Origin: a virus
Strand: one strand, 5' to 3'
Virus record (IMG/VR): IMGVR_UViG_3300014546_000001
Length of the DNA: 42,248 bases
The notes beneath the pieces are model-generated. The model ran no database searches. It saw nothing but the letters and a program-made list of their open reading frames with translations, and was not told where the DNA came from. Both the position numbers and the translations under genes were made by a program. Positions 1 to 8,748 of this stretch are shown in pieces (within the stretch, counting starts at the first letter, position 1; every line of letters starts with the position of its first letter).

Positions 1-135
1 GGAATTACGAGCCTGCCGGATAACCTGACCGTCGGCGGGTGGCTTGACCTAAGCAACACGGGAATTACGAGCCTGCCGGATAACCTGACCGTCGGCGGGT
101 GGCTTGACCTAAGCAGCACGGGAATTACAAGTAAA
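1..135. repeat. 60-bp tandem repeat units (2 full and 1 degenerate); same family as 41621..42248
   Basis: Direct repeats of ggaattacgagcctgccggataacctgaccgtcggcgggtggcttgacctaagcaRcacg. Confidence 0.9.
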
Positions 136-621
136 GAAAGGGAAAAGGTTAAAAAACCGCAAAATATGGTTGAGTTCCAGTTGTCGGTGCAGGCAAAATT
201 AAGTTGGCAAAACGGGCGTTACCGTATTTTTGACGGTATCTTTTGTGAAGTATTGCGCAAACTCAAGAATGCCTACAAGGTAAAAATCGGACTTGCAACA
301 AAATACGTCGTAACTGACGGAGTGAACTATGCGCACGGCGACACAATAAAAGAGGCGCGCGCAGATTTGATGTATAAAATCAGCGACCGCGACACTTCAC
401 AATATGAAGATTTAAGTCTTGATTCTGTGGTTACGAAAGAAGATGCAATCAAAATGTATCGGGCAATTACCGGTGCTTGTGAGGCTGGAACGAAACACTT
501 TGTCGGCGGATTAAGAGAATTAAAGCCGCGTTACACAATCGCAGAAATCATAGAGCTGACCGAGGGGCAATTCGGCGCAACAGACTTTAAGAACTTTTTT
601 AAAGGGGATAGCGATGAGTAA
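1..621 (+). CDS. C-terminal part of leucine-rich-repeat (20-aa unit) protein; continues in frame from 41558..42248 across the circular junction
   Basis: Positions 1-120 hold two 60-bp repeat units in frame 1, the same frame as ORF 166..621. nt 1-55 are identical to 42194-42248. No stop codon lies between the repeats and 621. Confidence 0.6.
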   Translation, partial: GITSLPDNLTVGGWLDLSNTGITSLPDNLTVGGWLDLSSTGITSKEREKVKKPQNMVEFQLSVQAKLSWQNGRYRIFDGIFCEVLRKLKNAYKVKIGLATKYVVTDGVNYAHGDTIKEARADLMYKISDRDTSQYEDLSLDSVVTKEDAIKMYRAITGACEAGTKHFVGGLRELKPRYTIAEIIELTEGQFGATDFKNFFKGDSDE

Positions 622-751
622 CTTTACCTGCCCGACCTGCGGGCTTACCAACATAGATTGCGGCAAAGCCGGCTACAAGACTGCCCGCGAGATTGAGCTA
701 GAGAAAGAGCTTGAGATTGCTGAAAGAGTGTGTCCCTTATGTTACTTTTAA
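614..751 (+). CDS. small zinc-ribbon protein (45 aa, CxxC..CxxC)
   Basis: ATG overlaps the upstream stop. Two CxxC pairs (CPTC...CPLC). Not in the ORF track because it is under 60 aa. Confidence 0.35.
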   Translation: MSNFTCPTCGLTNIDCGKAGYKTAREIELEKELEIAERVCPLCYF

Positions 752-841
752 AGTGAATATTGAAAAAAATATCGGGTGTACACCGCCCGGGGCTTATCTT
801 TTAACCTGTATTAAAGACGCCCTTGGCGAAAGTGAGGAAAT

Positions 842-1339
842 ATGAAACTTGTTGAAATAAAAGAAGTCCGTGTCGGTCAAATTTGGAAAGATGAGGACGA
901 CGATTTGTGGCTTGAATGGAACGACAGATATGCCCCGCCAATACGCGATACAAAATATTATAGATGCGATAAAGAAACTTTTAAGTATTTGGTCGAACAA
1001 GGGCATAAACTTGTCGGCTTCTTAGGTATAACGCACGAAGTCAAGGATTTTAAATTATCCGAGATTATTCCCGCATTCAAAAACCAAAAAGTTCAAAGAG
1101 ATGATATTGTTAAGATTTTGGCTGACAATTCCGCACCGTGGCTTGTTGATACGACTTATAACTCGCATAAATATAAAGCTTATATTTCTCTTCTAAGCCC
1201 GTACGACAAAGATTTTACCGAAGATGAAATTGAAAAAATCGGAACGCTCGGCGTCAATTACGAGTTTGTCCACGATATGTTAAAAAACGCGGACAAATTT
1301 AACACGTCCGGCGGAAATGTTAAGGAGAATAACAGATGA
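842..1339 (+). CDS. hypothetical protein
   Basis: ORF with GGAAA RBS-like sequence upstream; tightly packed with neighbouring genes. Confidence 0.5.
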   Translation: MKLVEIKEVRVGQIWKDEDDDLWLEWNDRYAPPIRDTKYYRCDKETFKYLVEQGHKLVGFLGITHEVKDFKLSEIIPAFKNQKVQRDDIVKILADNSAPWLVDTTYNSHKYKAYISLLSPYDKDFTEDEIEKIGTLGVNYEFVHDMLKNADKFNTSGGNVKENNR

Positions 1340-1545
1340 TACTTACTTGGAAATGCCCGAAGTGCAAAGAAGATAACGAAAGCGAATTTAAAAATATTAG
1401 GCAATGTCAGTGTGGTAAATGTGGGTTTATTTCTGTTTTTAGAGAAAGCGACTTTGCTTTTTTATCTTATGTGAAGAGCTTTGAAGAAAAACAAATATAT
1501 GAAGAGGCAATCCGGAAAGTAGATATTGTAAAAAAAATAATCTAG
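1336..1545 (+). CDS. small zinc-ribbon protein
   Basis: CPKC...CQCGKC motifs; AGGAG RBS; ATGA overlap with the upstream gene. Confidence 0.45.
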   Translation: MILTWKCPKCKEDNESEFKNIRQCQCGKCGFISVFRESDFAFLSYVKSFEEKQIYEEAIRKVDIVKKII

Positions 1546-1557
1546 GGGAATAGTTTA

Positions 1558-2643
1558 ATGCGGTATATAGACCTTTTTTCGGGCATAGGCGGGTTTGCAC
1601 TGGGTTTGAAACATGCCGGGATAGAATTTGAAGAACATTGGTTTTCCGAAATAGACAAGAACGCGATAAACATTTACAAAAAACATTTTCCAAATGCAAA
1701 GGAGCTTGGCGATGTGCGAGCAATTAGAGATTTTTCCGGGATTAAAGCCGACATTATCACTTTCGGATTCCCGTGCCAGGATTTGTCGGTTGCTGGCAAA
1801 AGACGAGGTTTGGCCGGCGCTAGAAGCGGTCTTTTCTTTGAGGCGGTGCGGATTATCCGGGAGCTTAAGCCTCAATATTTTATCTTTGAAAACGTCAAAG
1901 GGTTGCTTACAAATAACCGAGGAGCTGACTTTGTCCGATGTCTGCGGGAAATTGCCGACATTGGGCTATATGAGTGCGAGTGGCAGCTTGTTAATACAAG
2001 CTGGGTATTACCCCAAAATCGCGAGCGGGTTTACTTTGTCGGACGTCTTGGAGGACAATCCGGAGCAAAAATATTTCCTCTCTTCAGCGGCGGTGAAACG
2101 GCTGATGGGTTACAAGGACAATACATCAAAACCATTACCAGCGAGGGATACACAAAAAACCGGCAGGCATCGTATATTATTGAAAGTCAACCGTTTCAAA
2201 AAGTCCGGCAAATAAACCGGACCGAAAAGAACCACCAGCAGGACAGAGTTTCTTCTCCAGAGGGAATATCTCCCGCGTTAAACACGGTCGGCGGGGGTAA
2301 TCTTGAGCCTAAAATAGTTTGCCCTGTATTGACGCCGGACCGGATTGTCAAACGCCAGAACGGGCGGCGGATGAAAGAAAACGACGAGCCGTCGTTTACG
2401 CTGACGGCGCAGGATAAGCACGGCATATATGACGGGAAGTCGGTTAGAAAGCTCACGCCGCTTGAATGCGAACGTTTGCAGGGGTTTCCCGACGGGTGGA
2501 CCGAATACGGCGCAGACGGCAGAAAGATGTCCGACAGCGCCAGATATAAAGCGCTGGGCAACGCGGTTACGGTTAATTTTCCAAGAATGATAGGGGAGAA
2601 GATAAAACCCGTTGACAAAATCAAAAAATATAGTAACAATTAA
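1558..2643 (+). CDS. dcm: DNA (cytosine-5)-methyltransferase
   Basis: C5-MTase motifs are present: motif I FSGIGG, motif IV GFPCQDLS (PCQ), motif VI ENV, RERVYFVG, and motif X GNAVTV. Confidence 0.9.
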   Translation: MRYIDLFSGIGGFALGLKHAGIEFEEHWFSEIDKNAINIYKKHFPNAKELGDVRAIRDFSGIKADIITFGFPCQDLSVAGKRRGLAGARSGLFFEAVRIIRELKPQYFIFENVKGLLTNNRGADFVRCLREIADIGLYECEWQLVNTSWVLPQNRERVYFVGRLGGQSGAKIFPLFSGGETADGLQGQYIKTITSEGYTKNRQASYIIESQPFQKVRQINRTEKNHQQDRVSSPEGISPALNTVGGGNLEPKIVCPVLTPDRIVKRQNGRRMKENDEPSFTLTAQDKHGIYDGKSVRKLTPLECERLQGFPDGWTEYGADGRKMSDSARYKALGNAVTVNFPRMIGEKIKPVDKIKKYSNN

Positions 2644-2670
2644 CAGGGGATTAAAAAAAAGAGGTTAAAA

Positions 2671-2877
2671 ATGAAAGAAGAGCCGGAAATTTTACAGATA
2701 CGGAAACTGCTAAGAGTTAGCCGCGCGCAGTTCGGGCGGTTTATCAACAGGAGCGAGCCGAGCATAAGACGATACGAGGCTGGATGTTTCGTGCCGCTGG
2801 AAGTTATGATTAACGCCCGGAAATGGCGCAAGCTGTATAATGAGATATACGGGAAAGAGGAAGAGGAGAAAGAATAG
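2671..2877 (+). CDS. small HTH DNA-binding protein (XRE-like)
   Basis: LRVSRAQFGRFINRSEPSIRRYEAG looks like a helix-turn-helix. It lies between the two methyltransferases. Confidence 0.45.
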   Translation: MKEEPEILQIRKLLRVSRAQFGRFINRSEPSIRRYEAGCFVPLEVMINARKWRKLYNEIYGKEEEEKE

Positions 2878-2879
2878 CC

Positions 2880-3338
2880 ATGTATAAGCTTATTTGTTAT
2901 TTAACGGCAATATATCAATATTCAAAGACAATTCATTATGAAGTTAAGGGTGAGGCTTTTTATGGTAAGCACTTATTCAACGACCGAATCGCCGAAAATA
3001 TGAACGATTATGTTGATTTAATAAAAGAGGTTGTTTATTTGGGACACGCGAAAGATACTCCGGCAGCAGGGGCGATACTTGAGGGCGTGTTGCCTTTATT
3101 GCCTGCAACAGAAGAAAACGACCAGCAAAACTATATCAACCTTTATAAATTAATACTTAATGCGCTGGACGAAATAGAGCAGTTAAATCAAAAGAAGCTG
3201 TCTGTCGGGGATAAAAATCTGATTGGTGGGATAGCACAAGACCTGCAACAGAATTTGGGCTTGTTATGGCGGCAAATAACGCCGTATGCGTATGAAACAA
3301 TGCAAGAGCGGGTATTTATGCCGGAGGCAGAGATATAG
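2880..3338 (+). CDS. Dps/ferritin-like protein
   Basis: HYEVKGEAFYGKHLFNDRIAE resembles the Dps signature (HWNVKGxxFxxLHExF...AER). Assignment from memory of the family. Confidence 0.4.
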   Translation: MYKLICYLTAIYQYSKTIHYEVKGEAFYGKHLFNDRIAENMNDYVDLIKEVVYLGHAKDTPAAGAILEGVLPLLPATEENDQQNYINLYKLILNALDEIEQLNQKKLSVGDKNLIGGIAQDLQQNLGLLWRQITPYAYETMQERVFMPEAEI

Positions 3339-3363
3339 CACTATACGGGGAGAAAATAGGCTT

Positions 3364-3825
3364 ATGACACAAATTTTATACAAATGCACAATAACGAACG
3401 ACCAGCACCCGGAAAATGCCGGGCAGTTGAACGCCTTAAAAATGCAATATGCCGAGGAGCTGGCAAAGATAACCGGGCGTGAAGAAGAGGAGTTTTATTG
3501 CTTTAAAAATCCGGTAAACGTAACAGCCACTGACCAGAACGGGACAATCATAGGTTTTATAGCCGTAGGAATGGTGGAGCAGGAAAAGCGGGTTTACGCT
3601 TGCCACGTTTACGTTATGCCGCAAGTCCGAAATCAAGGCGTATATAGAACAATGCTTGCACGGCTGGTTAAGTTTGCCGAAGATATAAAATATAAAAGCA
3701 TTACGGCAGGCGTTTTCAAAAACAATAAAATATCACAAAAGGCACACCGGGCGTTAGGGTTTGTGCCTTTTGCTAATTTATACGAGTTAAAAGTCGGGGA
3801 TGCCGATTTGCACGGCTTGAAATAG
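3364..3825 (+). CDS. GNAT family N-acetyltransferase (start moved to the ATG with an RBS; ORF track starts at 3286)
   Basis: The motif A-like region QVRNQGVYRTMLARLVKFA matches acetyl-CoA binding. A GGGGAGAAAA RBS precedes the ATG at 3364. Confidence 0.55.
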   Translation: MTQILYKCTITNDQHPENAGQLNALKMQYAEELAKITGREEEEFYCFKNPVNVTATDQNGTIIGFIAVGMVEQEKRVYACHVYVMPQVRNQGVYRTMLARLVKFAEDIKYKSITAGVFKNNKISQKAHRALGFVPFANLYELKVGDADLHGLK

Positions 3826-3861
3826 TCGTTCATGTCTAAAATTTAGATAGTGGGAGGTTAA

Positions 3862-4146
3862 ATGTTTAAAAGTATACACTGGTGGTTTAAAAAGACTTTT
3901 CCAAAAGCAAGTTTTACCTCTCAAATTGTCAAATTAAAAGCGGAAATAGCCGAATTTGAAGAGGCAGAGGGTGATTACGCAGGAAGACCCACCCGGCTTA
4001 ATTATCTAAAATACCAGGAAGAGCTTGCCGATGTTGTGATTTGTGCCATTAACTTGGCGAGTTTTCCCGAAATGCAAGAGCTTATAAAAGAAAAAATGAA
4101 GATTAACCGCGCCCGGAGCTTTAACGGGGACGAGCATATAAAATAA
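3862..4146 (+). CDS. MazG-like nucleotide pyrophosphohydrolase
   Basis: An EExxE...EELADV pattern typical of the all-alpha NTP-PPase fold; GGGAGG RBS. Confidence 0.4.
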   Translation: MFKSIHWWFKKTFPKASFTSQIVKLKAEIAEFEEAEGDYAGRPTRLNYLKYQEELADVVICAINLASFPEMQELIKEKMKINRARSFNGDEHIK

Positions 4147-4162
4147 TTTTGTCGGGGGTTTT

Positions 4163-5341
4163 ATGAATCAATACGGAGCGCCATATATGGGCAGCAAGTC
4201 AAAAATTGCCGAGGATATACTTGCAATATTACCACGCGGGAAAAGGTTTGTTGATTTATTCGGCGGTGGATTTGCAATGACGCATTGTGCGATGTTATCC
4301 GGAAAATATGAAGAGTTTTATTATAATGAATTAAACCCGCTTGTGGTGGATATGATTAAAAAAGCCATAGCCGGAGAATACAAAAACGAGTGCAGGTGGA
4401 TTGACCGGGAAACGTTTTTAAACCTTAAAGATACAGACGGTTATATAAAATATTGCTGGAGCTTTGGGAATAAGGGGGAAGCCTATCTTTATGCGAAAGA
4501 AATTGAGCCTTGGAAAAAAGCTTTACACTATGCCCGAGTTTTAGGCGATTGCAGCCTATTAAAAGAATTTGGCATTGATTCAACCGGCAGCAGTCAGGAT
4601 ATAAAAGCCAACAAAGATGAATACAAAGAAAAATATATAAAATGGTATTTGAAAAATATATGCCTATCAGACGCCGATTTTAACCGCCTTAAAAACGATT
4701 TGGATAAAAAGATAAAAGACCAGAAAGAAGAACTGCGGCAATATTTGTGCAACGCGTTGAAAGAATCGGGCTTAACGGCGACGGAAGTTGACCGGCGGTT
4801 AAACACGCATATGTCCAAGCATTACTTCGGGCGTTCGCAGTGGGCTTTTCCTACGCGTGAAGAATATAATAAAATGCGCGCTTTTATGCCGCTTAAGCCT
4901 TATGACGAGGTTTACGGTTATCAAGAGTTGCTGCAAAGTCTGCAAAGGCTGCAAAGTCTGGAAATTCTGGAAATTCTGCAAAGTATGGAAAGTCTGCAAA
5001 GGCTGCAAAGGCTGCAAAGTCTGCAAAGTCTGCAAAGGCTGGAAATCAACTGCGGGAGCTATGAAGATTATCAATATAAAGACGGGGATGTTGTCTATTG
5101 CGACCCTCCTTACGAAAATACTGCCAAATATTCAGAAGACGGATTTAATCATAAAAAGTTTTACGATTGGGTTGCCAGTCGCCCGTATCAGGTTTATTTT
5201 TCAAGTTATGAAATAAGCGATACCCGTTTTTATAAGGTATGGAGCAAAGAAAAGACCCAACTTCTACACGGGCAAGGGACTGGAGCGAAAGTTCAAGAAA
5301 CGGTATATTGCAATCAGCCCGACAAAGTTATGTTGTTTTAA
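4163..5341 (+). CDS. N6-adenine DNA methyltransferase (Dam-like, D12 class) with internal tri-peptide repeat insertion
   Basis: The N-terminal PYMGSKSKI...DLFGGGFA is a SAM-binding motif; DPPY is the catalytic motif. A 39-aa LQS/LQR repeat lies between them. Confidence 0.8.
   Translation: MNQYGAPYMGSKSKIAEDILAILPRGKRFVDLFGGGFAMTHCAMLSGKYEEFYYNELNPLVVDMIKKAIAGEYKNECRWIDRETFLNLKDTDGYIKYCWSFGNKGEAYLYAKEIEPWKKALHYARVLGDCSLLKEFGIDSTGSSQDIKANKDEYKEKYIKWYLKNICLSDADFNRLKNDLDKKIKDQKEELRQYLCNALKESGLTATEVDRRLNTHMSKHYFGRSQWAFPTREEYNKMRAFMPLKPYDEVYGYQELLQSLQRLQSLEILEILQSMESLQRLQRLQSLQSLQRLEINCGSYEDYQYKDGDVVYCDPPYENTAKYSEDGFNHKKFYDWVASRPYQVYFSSYEISDTRFYKVWSKEKTQLLHGQGTGAKVQETVYCNQPDKVMLF
4931..5047 (+). 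repeat. 13 tandem in-frame 9-bp repeats (ctgcaaagK / ctggaaatt) inside the Dam-like MTase
   Basis: Direct visual repeat; it encodes (LQS/LQR/LEI)x13. Confidence 0.9.
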
Positions 5342-5355
5342 GGAGTTAAGGGAAA

Positions 5356-5808
5356 ATGGCAAAAGGACACGAAAATTTAATACCACTTAACAAACGGTCA
5401 AAGGAAGCTCAAAGGAAAATCCAGTCAATGGGCGGAAAAGCTTGCCGGGAGAAAAACATAAAGAAGAAAAGCTTAAAAGAGTTAACGTTGTTATTGCTAG
5501 AAAACCCCGTTGTATCAGAAGAGGCAAAGGCGCAAATAAAGCTGCTTTTCCCAAACGTTGATACGGAAGACCTGACTAACGGTATGGCGATGACGGCAAA
5601 TATTCTGTTATCTGCTATAACCTCAAAAGACTTAAAAGAAAAAGTAAAGGCGGCTGAATACCTGCGCGACACTGCCGGGCAAAAGCCGGAAACAAGCGTA
5701 ACCGGCAGCGTAACCGTTGAAAAAGTCTTTGTTTCGGAAAAAGAGCAGGAGGAAACATTAAAGCACATAAAAGAAGTCATTACTGGGAAAAATAAAAACG
5801 AGGGCTAA
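5356..5808 (+). CDS. terminase small subunit (putative)
   Basis: Sits immediately upstream of the large terminase, which overlaps its stop. Basic N-terminus and appropriate size. Confidence 0.45.
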   Translation: MAKGHENLIPLNKRSKEAQRKIQSMGGKACREKNIKKKSLKELTLLLLENPVVSEEAKAQIKLLFPNVDTEDLTNGMAMTANILLSAITSKDLKEKVKAAEYLRDTAGQKPETSVTGSVTVEKVFVSEKEQEETLKHIKEVITGKNKNEG

Positions 5809-5810
5809 AA

Positions 5811-7286
5811 ATGGAGCTGCAGCCGGAATATATCGGGCAAATGCTTTTAAAGCTTGGGTTTGAAGCTTTTTTCAGGTATTTGTTCCGAGTTATTGAGGGG
5901 CGACCGTTTATACTGGAGCCTATACACCCGGATTTATTTAACGTTTTTGAAGATATTTATAACCTCAAAAGGCTACGGCAGACAATAAACATTTTTCCGC
6001 GTTCATCAAAAACAACATTGTGTAAATATTTTATTGTCTATAGCTGGTGTAAAAATCCAAAATGCAACTTTATTTATACTTCTTATTCGCAGAGCTTGTT
6101 AAATGATATTGCCCGGGATATTCAAAACATAATGGAACACCCGGCATTTAAGGCGATGTTTCCGGTAAAATCCAGTATGGAAAGCGAAACACTAGACCCG
6201 ATTGACGAGTTCTGGCGGCAATACTGGAATAAATCGGAAGACAACAAAAATATTTACTCTTCAAAAAAAATTGTAACCTACGCGGGTGGGATTTGTATTT
6301 TTGTGAGCGCGGGCGGGCAAATTCTGGGATTCGGAGCCGGTATTCGCGGAGCTGATGACTTTTCCGGCTGTTTAATCCTTGACGACTTTGACAAGCCCGC
6401 AGATATAGCCAGCGAAGTGTTACGAACGAAAACAAAGCGATACTATTCAGAAACGTTACTATCCCGCTTGAACGATTATAACGTGCCTATTCTTAACGTT
6501 CAACAACGGCTGCACGTTGACGATATATCGGGGTTTTTAAAAGACAAATACGGATTTGATGTTTTAAAAAAGCCTCTTTTGAATATACGCGGCGAGTGCC
6601 AAGCGCCCAGCCAGTATGATGAAAAGCGCCTAAAAGAGCTACAATTTGACAAGTCGGCTTTTTCTGCACAATACCAGCAAGAGCCGACACTTGAAGAGGG
6701 CAACCTTATAAAGCGCGACTGGTGGCAGTATTATAAGCCGGAAGAAACACCGGTTGAAGGCGTTTTGATTATAACAGCCGATACGGCATATAAAAAATCA
6801 AAGACGGCAGACTTTTCCTGTTTGCAATGTTGGGAGCTTAAAACGGGCAGGCTTTTAATGCGTGATATGATTGTGGATAAGTGGGAGTTTCCCGAGCTTT
6901 TGGAAAATGCTAAAATGTTTTGGGATAAGTGGACACGCTCCGAAATGATTATCCGGGCAAAGTATTTTTTTATTGAGGATAAGGCAAGCGGGATTAGCCT
7001 TGTGCAGACGCTTGAAGATTTGGGCATTAACACCGTTGCTTGGAAACCGAAAGATTTTGACTTTCCCGATGATAAAGTCGGCAGGACAAAAGAATTTTCG
7101 TGGGCAGTATTTTCCGGGCTTGTCTTTTTGCCAGAAAATAATAAAATGAGTGAGTATTTAGTAGAAGAGGCCGCGGCGTTTAAAGAGGATATGTCTCATT
7201 ATCACGATGACGCGTGCGATGCCGCCAATATGTCTTTCTCAATTTGGCGTTATTATGGCGGAATGAGAGATACAGAGCAACAATAA
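5811..7286 (+). CDS. terL: terminase large subunit
   Basis: 491 aa. ATPase P-loop-like FPRSSKTT and a C-terminal nuclease acidic motif (DDACDAANM). It is followed by the portal gene. Confidence 0.85.
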   Translation: MELQPEYIGQMLLKLGFEAFFRYLFRVIEGRPFILEPIHPDLFNVFEDIYNLKRLRQTINIFPRSSKTTLCKYFIVYSWCKNPKCNFIYTSYSQSLLNDIARDIQNIMEHPAFKAMFPVKSSMESETLDPIDEFWRQYWNKSEDNKNIYSSKKIVTYAGGICIFVSAGGQILGFGAGIRGADDFSGCLILDDFDKPADIASEVLRTKTKRYYSETLLSRLNDYNVPILNVQQRLHVDDISGFLKDKYGFDVLKKPLLNIRGECQAPSQYDEKRLKELQFDKSAFSAQYQQEPTLEEGNLIKRDWWQYYKPEETPVEGVLIITADTAYKKSKTADFSCLQCWELKTGRLLMRDMIVDKWEFPELLENAKMFWDKWTRSEMIIRAKYFFIEDKASGISLVQTLEDLGINTVAWKPKDFDFPDDKVGRTKEFSWAVFSGLVFLPENNKMSEYLVEEAAAFKEDMSHYHDDACDAANMSFSIWRYYGGMRDTEQQ

Positions 7287-7302
7287 AGGGAGTTTTTGAA
7301 AT

Positions 7303-8745
7303 ATGACACGGCGCAACAAGGGAAAAACAAGACTTAAAACCGGCAATGCTTTATTGCACGGGGCGGGCGCAAGCACTTGGCAAGACCGGGGAAGTATACA
7401 GCAGGGCGCTATATTCACGAAAAACCCCTATTATAACAACGATTATTATCGGCGCTGGCAAGATTTAGTGCGCTGGTATTATACCGACTGGGCAGCAAAA
7501 AAAATTGTGGATATTCCGGTGCAAGACGCATTTCGTGTAGAGCCGGAAATAAAAGGCTTGTCGGAGGAAGACAAAGAGCAGCTTATAAAATACCAAGAGG
7601 CGATGGGCGGCAGAGATAAGCTTTATAAAGCGGCCATTCAATCACGCTTGCTTGGCGGCTCAATCGTTATGCTCGGTATTAAAGACGAAGAAGACAACCC
7701 GGAAAAGCCGATTGATTTTGACAAGCTGGACAAGGGCGACCTTGCGTTTATGAATGTTGTTAGCGTGGAAAAAATAAGCCAAGTTCAATATGAAACAGAC
7801 CCTTTTAGTCCGATGTATGATACGCCGCGATATTATATGATTAACGGGCAAAAAGTTGATGTTAGCCGCTTGCTGGTGTTTGACGGAAGACCGTTGTTTA
7901 ATAGCGCCTCAATGAACATTTTACAGAATTTTAGATTTAACCCTGCCGGGTTTGGCGAAAGCGTATTGATTCCGGTTTATGACGCGCTTGTCCGGTTTGC
8001 CGGGACGCAAGAGGGGGCGTATCATCTTGTTAATATGGCAAGCGTCCTTTTGGTTAAATGTGACAAGCTTATGGATTTGCAGGCTTCAAATATGGGCGAG
8101 CGCGGTATGCGTATGCTTGAAAAAATGACAGAGCAGATAAGCATATACCGGGCGGGGATACTGTCCGGCAAAGATGTTGATGTTGCACAGCATAGCGCTA
8201 CTTTTGGCAGTGTGCCGGAATTATTGCAGACGTTTGCGCAGGTGCTTGCTGCCGGTTCGGATATACCGGCAACCCGATTCTTAGGGCAAGCCCCGGGCGG
8301 ATTGAATGCTACCGGAGAAAGCGACCTTGAAAACTACTATAACAACGTTGCGAGTTGGCAGAATACCGTATTAAAAGCAAACGAAATAAAAATGTATAAT
8401 ATTTTGGGCGTTTCCTGTTTTGGGCGCGAAAAATGGCAATCAATCAAGCCCGAGTTTGATATAGAATATAAGCCGCTATGGAATTTAAGCGAAACAGAGC
8501 AAGCAACGGTTGACAACACCCGGGCGCAGACAATCAGCTTGCTGGAGCAATCCGGCTATTTAAGCCGCGAGGCTGCACTTGAAGAGTTAAAAGCCCGTAA
8601 AATCTTCATCAATGATATTAAGCCCGAGGATATGCCGGATATGTCGCAGCTTGGCTATATGGCAGGCGCTGGGGATGAACAGCCCCGGACGCCTGAACAA
8701 AATAACGAGTTGTTTGGCAAAATTGCCGAAGTGGGGAATAAATAG
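7303..8745 (+). CDS. portal protein
   Basis: 480 aa, located between terL and the MuF-like gene. Ends with TAG. Confidence 0.65.
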   Translation: MTRRNKGKTRLKTGNALLHGAGASTWQDRGSIQQGAIFTKNPYYNNDYYRRWQDLVRWYYTDWAAKKIVDIPVQDAFRVEPEIKGLSEEDKEQLIKYQEAMGGRDKLYKAAIQSRLLGGSIVMLGIKDEEDNPEKPIDFDKLDKGDLAFMNVVSVEKISQVQYETDPFSPMYDTPRYYMINGQKVDVSRLLVFDGRPLFNSASMNILQNFRFNPAGFGESVLIPVYDALVRFAGTQEGAYHLVNMASVLLVKCDKLMDLQASNMGERGMRMLEKMTEQISIYRAGILSGKDVDVAQHSATFGSVPELLQTFAQVLAAGSDIPATRFLGQAPGGLNATGESDLENYYNNVASWQNTVLKANEIKMYNILGVSCFGREKWQSIKPEFDIEYKPLWNLSETEQATVDNTRAQTISLLEQSGYLSREAALEELKARKIFINDIKPEDMPDMSQLGYMAGAGDEQPRTPEQNNELFGKIAEVGNK

Positions 8746-8748
8746 CCG

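Noticed and set aside
4799-5216. ORFs 4799..5074 (-) and 4857..5216 (+), repetitive CKVCKGCKVWKF- and LQTLQP-type products
   Set aside because: They are alternative frames or the antisense of the 9-bp repeat tract in the Dam-like MTase gene, not independent genes.
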